DNA of 14,132 nt. It comes from a bacterium (GTDB taxonomy: Bacteria; SZUA-182; DTGQ01; JAFGSM01). Positions 8,966 through 14,132 of this stretch are shown piece by piece. The stretch spans positions 1 to 14,132 of the forward strand of contig JBLIRP010000092.1 in assembly GCA_049472355.1 (NCBI GenBank), given 5' to 3'. The notes under the pieces were generated by a model. That model saw nothing but the letters and a program-made list of their open reading frames with translations, was not told the origin of the DNA and searched no databases. The translations under genes and the position numbers were made by a program. The first letter of the stretch is position 1. Each line of letters begins with the position of its first letter.

Positions 8966-9187
8966 ATGAGACAGTTAAAATTAGACATGATTATTTATAT
9001 AGTTATTACAATAGGGACAATAATTATTATTCCATTTGCTATCTTACAATTGTATTCATTTCTATCGAGGTTCCAAATCAATGAATCTGTTTTATTAGCC
9101 CTTACATTTTCTATTATATTTATAGCTATAGTCTCTGGATTATCTATGTGCTATTTTTATATTTTCAGAAAAAAGAAAAAAAAATGA
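8966..9187 (+). CDS. Small two-TM membrane protein, candidate immunity protein for the Rhs tip
   Basis: 73 aa with two hydrophobic stretches and a C-terminal RKKKKK. Same low GC as the tip; starts 32 nt after the Rhs stop. Confidence 0.55.
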   Translation: MRQLKLDMIIYIVITIGTIIIIPFAILQLYSFLSRFQINESVLLALTFSIIFIAIVSGLSMCYFYIFRKKKKK

Positions 9188-9196
9188 TTTAAAATT

Positions 9197-9317
9197 GATG
9201 ATGCGGCAAAAAGTCATTTTGGATCAATAGAAGGAATCCTATTTTAAAAATAGTTCCATCGAATTTATCCTCTATACGGGATAATCCCTAATCGTTTATA
9301 CTTTTTGCAGTGCCATC
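9197..9317. mobile_element. MITE-like non-autonomous element, 121 bp
   Basis: Terminal inverted repeats GATGATGCGGCAAAAAGT (9197-9214) and ACTTTTTGCAGTGCCATC (9300-9317) match at 14/18. Flanked exactly by the direct repeat AAAATT (9191-9196 and 9318-9323). Confidence 0.65.
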
Positions 9318-9366
9318 AAAATTGCCAATTATCTTACCTTAAGATCCTGCCAGACACTCATGTGCA

Positions 9367-9622
9367 CCTGGAGCCTTGTCCGTGACAACGACGGCAGGAT
9401 CACGGAAAAGGCTGAAACCGCACCCGATATCACCTCCGAGTATCAGTACACCTATGACTCCATGGGAAGGCTTCTTACCGTGACAAAGGACGGCGTCCTG
9501 GTGGAGGAATACCGGTATGGTCTCAACGGGACCCGGACCTATTAGATGAATGCCCTGCGGGCCATTCCCGGAAGGGGCTTTACCTATTCGGATGAGGATC
9601 ACCTGCTCACGGCCAAGGATCT
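9367..9622 (+). pseudogene. Internal Rhs/YD fragment, direct repeat of 7756-8011
   Basis: Ungapped 256-bp alignment with about 39 mismatches by manual count (about 85%). Corresponds to Rhs aa 878-962. GAG>TAG stop at 9543-9545. Confidence 0.92.
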
Positions 9623-10544
9623 ATGCAACAGATATCGTGTACAAATCATTCTCTCGACACATTCTCGAGACTTGATCTCTCAGGCTCCACTTCAATCCAT
9701 CATTCCGGTCGATAAAAGTCGCCATGAACTGCGTCCACTCGAGTCGATTGAGCATCTGCTCCTCGAATACCAACGCTATGGCAGTGTTACTAACGTCGAT
9801 TTGGCTTTGCTATACCAGACAAAGCGCTGCCTGTTTGTGGAGGGCGGGACAGAGGTAAGTCTGCTTCCTCGTATCGCAGAAAGACTCGGGGTCAATGTCT
9901 TCTCAGGTCGCCACCAAGCAGTACTGTTTGATTTTCAAGGAGTTGACAAACTGAAAATGCTACCAGACCTCATCCGGTTATTCTCACGTTTGGTTGGTGG
10001 GGTGTTGACTTGGGCAATTCTGAAGGATCGTGACGCGACCTTGCCTGAAGTAGCTGAACGAATTAGCGCTGCGGGTAACGAACTGGGTGCAAAAGTATTC
10101 CATCAGTGGACGCGTTACAGCATTGAGAATTTTCTTCTTGATGAGGGGCTACTCCTGCTTTCTATCCAACAGCGCACCGGAACCCCTTTCAATGCGGAAG
10201 CCCTTGCGGCTTTGCTCAATGAGGTCCTGACGGTGGTAGAAGATGAGGTCGCAGGAACCTTTGTCACAAGGGCACAACTGGCATATCGTGACTTCGAAAT
10301 TGACGAAAGACCATACGAAGCCGGCGCTGCTGCCGCAACCCGGTACCTTCGCAGCCTGCACGACCGAACGCAAAAACTGGCAGCCTTTCCAGGAAAAAGG
10401 GTGTTCGGTCTGCTAGTTCAGAAGCTTCAAGAACGGCACCGCATCACACTCCGCACAACAGATATTGTGGATGTGATTACTCGTGACAATTGTCCAACAG
10501 AGATGGTGATATTTCTTGACCTACTACAGACTGAGTTTCAATGA
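9546..10544 (+). pseudogene. 5'-truncated OLD-like ABC-ATPase/TOPRIM nuclease with a 26-aa Rhs-derived N-terminus (chimeric ORF)
   Basis: First 26 aa (MNALRAIPG...TAKDL) match the Rhs gene. Then ABC H-switch QIILSTHS, TOPRIM LFVEGGTE, DxD (LKDRD) and YSIENFLL. No Walker A or Walker B present. Confidence 0.8.
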
Positions 10545-10550
10545 TCGGTG

Positions 10551-10610
10551 AGCCAACAAAACAAATCCAATGAACGCGATAAACCACGCCGCTGATTTGT
10601 GTAGTCGCGT
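10551..10610 (+). other. Degenerate integron attC-like site
   Basis: Begins 6 nt after the stop codon. AGCCAAC (R''-like), then ACAAATC (10561-10567) complementary to GATTTGT (10594-10600), ending in GTCGCGT (R'-like, GTT>GTC). About 60 bp with attC-like box spacing. Confidence 0.45.
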
Positions 10611-10658
10611 ATGATGCCCCGCCTGCGACACGCACGTATATGATTGAGAAGCGAAACA

Positions 10659-10751
10659 ATGCCCCTTGCCCTGAACAGGGATAAACTCAACAATCTTGCT
10701 TATGATATCTGGGAATCCCTCGTTCACAAATTTGACACCGGGCAGCTTTAG
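10659..10751 (+). pseudogene. N-terminal stub resembling a type I restriction-modification HsdM
   Basis: Manual translation MPLALNRDKLNNLAYDIWESLVHKFDTGQL*. The first about 20 aa resemble the HsdM N-terminal 'L...L...IW.(S/A)A..LRG' helix as I recall it. Confidence 0.45.
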
Positions 10752-10795
10752 ATAATAGAGGCAGATGTATGGTGGGTTGTTGAGCGATTTCCTGG

Positions 10796-10833
10796 TTGCT
10801 TTTGTAATGAAAATCGGTTATATTTCCTTACAA
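10796..10833 (+). promoter_or_regulatory. Promoter with overlapping inverted-repeat operator of the type IV TA operon
   Basis: TTGCTT (10796-10801), 17 nt, TATATT (10819-10824). Inverted repeat TTGTAATGAAA (10802-10812) / TTTCCTTACAA (10823-10833), 10/11 match. Confidence 0.65.
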
Positions 10834-10852
10834 GAAATGTTCAATCAATACC

Positions 10853-11467
10853 ATGCAACATATTGGAAAAACAATAAATAGCCGCATTAGAGGCAATGGC
10901 AAAGGTTGGTGCTTCACTCCAAATGATTTTGCCGACCTTGGAAGCCTGTCTGCCGTGTGGACGGCATTGCATCGGCTTGCCCAGCGCGGCGTCATTCGAC
11001 GCTTGGGACAGGGTCTCTACGATTTTCCCCGCACGGATTCGGAATTAGGTCTGCTCTCGCCCGATCCCGAGGCTATCGCAAAGGCACTTGCCAGAGGAAA
11101 GGGCATTCGCGTGCAACCATCCGGAGCATACGCTGCAAATTTGTTAGGCCTGTCAGAACAGGTCCCTGCGCGTGTTGTGTTTCTGACTGACGGTGCACCG
11201 CGACGCATACGTGTCGGTAATCAGGAAATCGTGCTTCGGCGAACAACCCCACGAAACATGGCGACTGCCGGTCGTATTAGCGGCACGGTCATTCAGGCGC
11301 TACGGTATATCGGAAAGGATCGTATCACACCCGCGCATCGGCAGATACTCATGCATCGGCTGAGCGTGGCCGAAAAGCAACAGGTGTTCAAAGACCGGCT
11401 GAATGCACCCGGATGGATGCGCCGAGTGCTGGAAGAAATCAGTGGGGAGGCTGGTCCGAATGCTTGA
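10853..11467 (+). CDS. AbiEi-like type IV antitoxin / transcriptional regulator (DUF6088-type)
   Basis: N-terminal wHTH (FTPNDFADLGS..AV..ALHRLAQRGVIRRLGQGLYDFPR), PSGAYAANLLGLSEQVP, APGWMR. Overlaps the downstream AbiEii gene. Confidence 0.88.
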   Translation: MQHIGKTINSRIRGNGKGWCFTPNDFADLGSLSAVWTALHRLAQRGVIRRLGQGLYDFPRTDSELGLLSPDPEAIAKALARGKGIRVQPSGAYAANLLGLSEQVPARVVFLTDGAPRRIRVGNQEIVLRRTTPRNMATAGRISGTVIQALRYIGKDRITPAHRQILMHRLSVAEKQQVFKDRLNAPGWMRRVLEEISGEAGPNA

Positions 11468-12476
11468 GTTTGCTCGACGACCCTCCGAAGATCTGCAGCG
11501 GATATTCCGTGAGGCTGGTGCGCGCCGCAATATAGGACCCCATGTGGTCGAGAAGGATTTCTGGGTTTGCTGGCTCTTGCGGCTGATCTTTATCGACGTA
11601 GAACTCGGCAGCCATTTAGTATTCAAGGGCGGTACATCGCTTTCGAAAGTGTTTGGTATCATTCATCGGTTTTCGGAGGATATCGATCTATCGGTTGATC
11701 CAGATTGGCTCGGTTTCAGTGGTGACAAATGCCCTGAAGTAGCCGTTAGCCGTTCACAGTTCGACAAGAAGGCGAAGGCATTGGAAATTGCCTGCATAGA
11801 GACAGTTTGTGATCGCTTCCTTCCCGCACTGAATCAACACATAATTGTGGATCTGCCCGGCCACCCGGTTACGTCACTCTCATTCGAGATAGATGAGGGC
11901 TCGCATTCACCCGTGCTGCTCTTTGCCTATCCGCGCATGGAGCATACTGGTTCGTTGCGTCCGCAGGTGAAGTTAGAGTTCGGATCGCTATACGATCAGC
12001 GGCCCATTGGCACACACGATATCAGGTCAATGGCTGCTGAGGTCTTCCCCGCCCTGTTTCGCGAGCCCGCTTTTCCGGTGGTGGCGCTTGAACCTGAGCG
12101 GACATTCTGGGAGAAGGCAACGATCTTACATTCCGAATACCACCGTCCGGCAGACAAACCTTTGCCGGTTGGTATCTCGCGTCATTACTCTGATTTCGCT
12201 GCTCTGGGCCGACATGTGGCGGGACAGCAGGCAGTGGGGGATTTTGACTTGTTGGCGCGGGTACGAGCGCACAAACAGACGTACTTCCGTTCCAGTTGGG
12301 CGCACTACGAGACTGCCGTGCCGGGGAGTTTTCATCTTGTACCCTCTTCGGAACGGCGTGCAGCAATCGAGCGCGATTACAGGGGCATGAGGGATATGTT
12401 CATGGTGACGCCGCTGTCCTTCGATACACTTATGAAGGAGTTGGAAGCCATGGAGAAGCGAATCAATGGTGCGTAG
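11460..12476 (+). CDS. Nucleotidyltransferase toxin, AbiEii/AbiGii family (type IV TA)
   Basis: VEKDFWVCWLL, LVFKGGTSLSKVFGIIHRFSEDIDL, ERTFWEKATILH, SRHYSD motifs. Start ATG 11460 overlaps the antitoxin 3' end. Confidence 0.92.
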   Translation: MLEFARRPSEDLQRIFREAGARRNIGPHVVEKDFWVCWLLRLIFIDVELGSHLVFKGGTSLSKVFGIIHRFSEDIDLSVDPDWLGFSGDKCPEVAVSRSQFDKKAKALEIACIETVCDRFLPALNQHIIVDLPGHPVTSLSFEIDEGSHSPVLLFAYPRMEHTGSLRPQVKLEFGSLYDQRPIGTHDIRSMAAEVFPALFREPAFPVVALEPERTFWEKATILHSEYHRPADKPLPVGISRHYSDFAALGRHVAGQQAVGDFDLLARVRAHKQTYFRSSWAHYETAVPGSFHLVPSSERRAAIERDYRGMRDMFMVTPLSFDTLMKELEAMEKRINGA

Positions 12477-12569
12477 GTAACCACCGGAAATCATCTTTAA
12501 GCAGCACATCATTGACTTCATCATCCCCAGATATAGATATATTATGTTGAGCATGAAATTCCGTGCACT

Positions 12570-12657
12570 CCTCGTCATCGAGCCGTGGGACATCTTCGAT
12601 TCTATCAATGCATCGCCGATCATTTTGAGGAGTTTGTCCAGGTCTATGAGAAAAATA
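12570..12657 (+). mobile_element. Remnant resembling the extreme N-terminus of an IS91-family transposase
   Basis: Frame reads PRHRAVGHLRFYQCIADHFEEFVQVYEKN. This resembles, from memory, the 'RPR....YY(R/Q)CVEDHFE.F.Q.YEE' start of IS91-like transposases. It is cut off at the Rhs fragment. Confidence 0.5.
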
Positions 12658-12982
12658 CCGGAAGGTGAGCCGGTCCTTTGTTTTTTCCTCGGACCGGGGC
12701 ATCCTGGTGCCCGACCAGGGGGGCATCGGCCACCTGATGAGCCCTGCGGGAAGACACCTTGAAACCATCGATCGTGACACCCAAAAGACCCTGCGTACCT
12801 TTTCCTATGACGGTCATGGAAGGCTCATTGCCGTCACCGACCGGTTCGGCAACAAAACCTCGATCTTGAGGGACTCCCAGGGACGGCCCTACTCGATCCT
12901 CTCCCCCGACGGCATAGAGACCTCGCTCACCATCGACATTTTTAATCACCTGCGCGAGGTCACCTATCCCGACGGCTCCCAC
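12658..12982 (+). pseudogene. Internal Rhs fragment (NHL/YD-shell junction), direct repeat of 5990-6314
   Basis: Ungapped 325-bp alignment with 27 mismatches by manual count (about 92%). Corresponds to Rhs aa 289-396. Followed immediately by TAA at 12983-12985. Confidence 0.95.
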
Positions 12983-12992
12983 TAAGGGATAT

Positions 12993-13065
12993 ATGGTGAC
13001 GTAAAAGGCCAGGCCATCTGTCAAATGCTAATCCTATTGCATCCTGGGGCCTTTTCCAAGATCAT
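12993..13065. repeat. Degenerate inverted repeat, possible second MITE of the same type
   Basis: ATGGTGACGTAAAAGGCC (12993-13010) versus GGCCTTTTCCAAGATCAT (13048-13065), 13/18 match. Same ATG-N5-G-N-AAAA layout as the 9197 element. No clear target-site duplication. Confidence 0.35.
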
Positions 13066-13088
13066 GTCTGCATCTCGCGACACTTCTC

Positions 13089-13117
13089 TTGACATGACTA
13101 TTTTAATTGACCATTAT
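13089..13117 (+). promoter_or_regulatory. Probable promoter/operator of the phd-vapC operon
   Basis: TTGACA (13089-13094), 17 nt, CATTAT (13112-13117). TGACTAT and TGACCAT repeats lie inside the promoter. SD GAGGTG precedes ATG 13153. Confidence 0.5.
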
Positions 13118-13152
13118 CTGCTATAGTGAAACCAATTTCGAGGTGAAGCTAT

Positions 13153-13386
13153 ATGAAAACAATGACTATAAGTAAATTTAAAGCGCATGCATTGAAGATA
13201 GTGGATCAAGTGGCCAAATCGCACGAACATATAATTATTACCAAAAGAGGCAAACCCCTTGCTGAAATAATTCCCTACAGGAGTTCGGACGCCCATCCAA
13301 AACCCGGCAAGCTGAGCAATACCTTCGTGTTTGAAAAAGACATTGTTTCGCCACTGGGTGAGAAGATTTGGAATGCCTGTAAATGA
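13153..13386 (+). CDS. Phd/YefM family type II antitoxin
   Basis: MKTMTISKFKAHALKIVDQV...IIITKRGKPLAEIIP is a typical Phd N-terminus. Confidence 0.92.
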   Translation: MKTMTISKFKAHALKIVDQVAKSHEHIIITKRGKPLAEIIPYRSSDAHPKPGKLSNTFVFEKDIVSPLGEKIWNACK

Positions 13387-13499
13387 AATATCTCCTTGAT
13401 AGTCATACCTGGGTCTGGCGGAACATGTGTCCGCAAAATCTGTCGGAAGTGGTGAGGGCGCTTATCAGCGAAGGCGGCAGGAACTATGAACAATTTTAG
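13383..13499 (+). pseudogene. vapC: Truncated VapC/PIN-domain toxin
   Basis: ATGA overlap with the phd stop. Translates MKYLLDSHTWVWRNMCPQNLSEVVRALISEGGRNYEQF* (PIN-type LLD(T/S)H start), only 38 aa, with no room for the rest before the convergent gene. Confidence 0.8.
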
Positions 13500-13569
13500 A
13501 CTCTCTGATACGTTTTGCCACAGATCGAGATCCGGGTAGGCGAAAACATTTTGAAGAAACAGAATATTA

Positions 13570-13953
13570 TTACTCTATCTCCAATATGCCTTGCCTAAAA
13601 TCCAAGGAGACTTTAAAATTTCTGAGAAAAGATAGGCCCAGTAAACCGTCTACATAACTTCTCGGTGGCAAATCATGAATAGCCGCCTTAACCATTTTGG
13701 CTTCCTTCCCAAGCACAGTCACGGATTTCAACGTAACCAGCGGCACCTTTTCGACACCTGAAGCAGTAACTATGTCAACTCGTTCCCCTGATAGTTCCGG
13801 TTCTAATCCCAATACCTCTGCTATCTCCCAAGGGATCATCACATAGGTGGCACCAGTATCAAGGGCCAGTTTTGGCTTTACTGTAATTTTACCTTCCAGC
13901 TTTGCGTAAAGGGTTATTATTGGCAGCTTGGCGTCAAATCTATACCTTGGCAT
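13570..13953 (-). CDS. Retropepsin-like (clan AA) aspartyl protease, single domain
   Basis: ALDTGAT catalytic motif, TASG flap, GLLGLSFL motif; 127 aa. Confidence 0.92.
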   Translation of the reverse strand: MPRYRFDAKLPIITLYAKLEGKITVKPKLALDTGATYVMIPWEIAEVLGLEPELSGERVDIVTASGVEKVPLVTLKSVTVLGKEAKMVKAAIHDLPPRSYVDGLLGLSFLRNFKVSLDFRQGILEIE

Positions 13954-14131
13954 TTATTGCTACCGCATAGCCCTTTTGAGGAATTTTACCAGTATAAAAA
14001 ATGGAGACATAGGTGCTTTTTGTTTCTCTTAATTCGGCATAAATATCATCCCTGCTTTTGGAATGGGCCAATAACCTTATGTCTATTGGCTGTCCCAGTT
14101 CATCTTCCTTTAAGATCTCAACCAAGACCCA
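13940..14131 (-). CDS. Small protein coupled to the aspartyl protease (DUF5678-like; 5' end beyond the window)
   Basis: Frame is open to the window edge: WVLVEILKEDELGQPIDIRLLAHSKSRDDIY...IFYTGKIP. Overlaps the protease start by 14 nt. Confidence 0.65.
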   Translation of the reverse strand, partial: WVLVEILKEDELGQPIDIRLLAHSKSRDDIYAELRETKSTYVSIFYTGKIPQKGYAVAINAKV

Positions 14132-14132
14132 T

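Noticed and set aside
9543..9545. Pyrrolysine or other programmed amber readthrough joining the two ORFs
   Set aside because: The TAG is a single-base change from the parent GAG in a fragment. No pyl genes or other recoding evidence is visible.
11403..11459. 19-aa N-terminal extension of AbiEii
   Set aside because: It lies inside the antitoxin gene; ATG 11460 gives the usual coupled start.
12658..12982. Diversity-generating retroelement TR/VR pair with 5990-6314
   Set aside because: Mismatches are not adenine-specific and are mostly synonymous. The target is not C-terminal, and no reverse transcriptase is in the window.
1..14132. CRISPR array, tRNA, rRNA or integrase
   Set aside because: I found no regularly spaced repeats, cloverleaf or rRNA-like sequence, or recombinase ORF.

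Overview
The window has two halves. Left (1-5078, high GC, all on the minus strand) is housekeeping: an RpoH/sigma-32-type sigma factor, then a ribF-uppS-cdsA-dxr operon with dxr running off the left edge. Each unit has a near-consensus sigma70 promoter. Right (5127-14132) is an accessory conflict region. It starts with a 5'-truncated-looking teneurin-like NHL+YD/Rhs protein ending in an AT-rich 84-aa C-terminal tip I cannot assign, followed by a small two-TM candidate immunity gene. After that comes a dense patchwork: a 121-bp MITE-like element, a 256-bp internal Rhs fragment fused in frame to the C-terminal half of an OLD-like ATPase/TOPRIM nuclease, a degenerate attC-like site, an hsdM-like N-terminal stub, an intact DUF6088/AbiEii type IV TA pair, an IS91-like transposase stub, a second 325-bp internal Rhs fragment, a phd antitoxin with a truncated vapC, and a convergent small protein plus retropepsin-like protease pair. 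Family calls come from motif recognition by eye, not database searches. A deltaproteobacterial (Desulfobacterota-like) origin is my inference.
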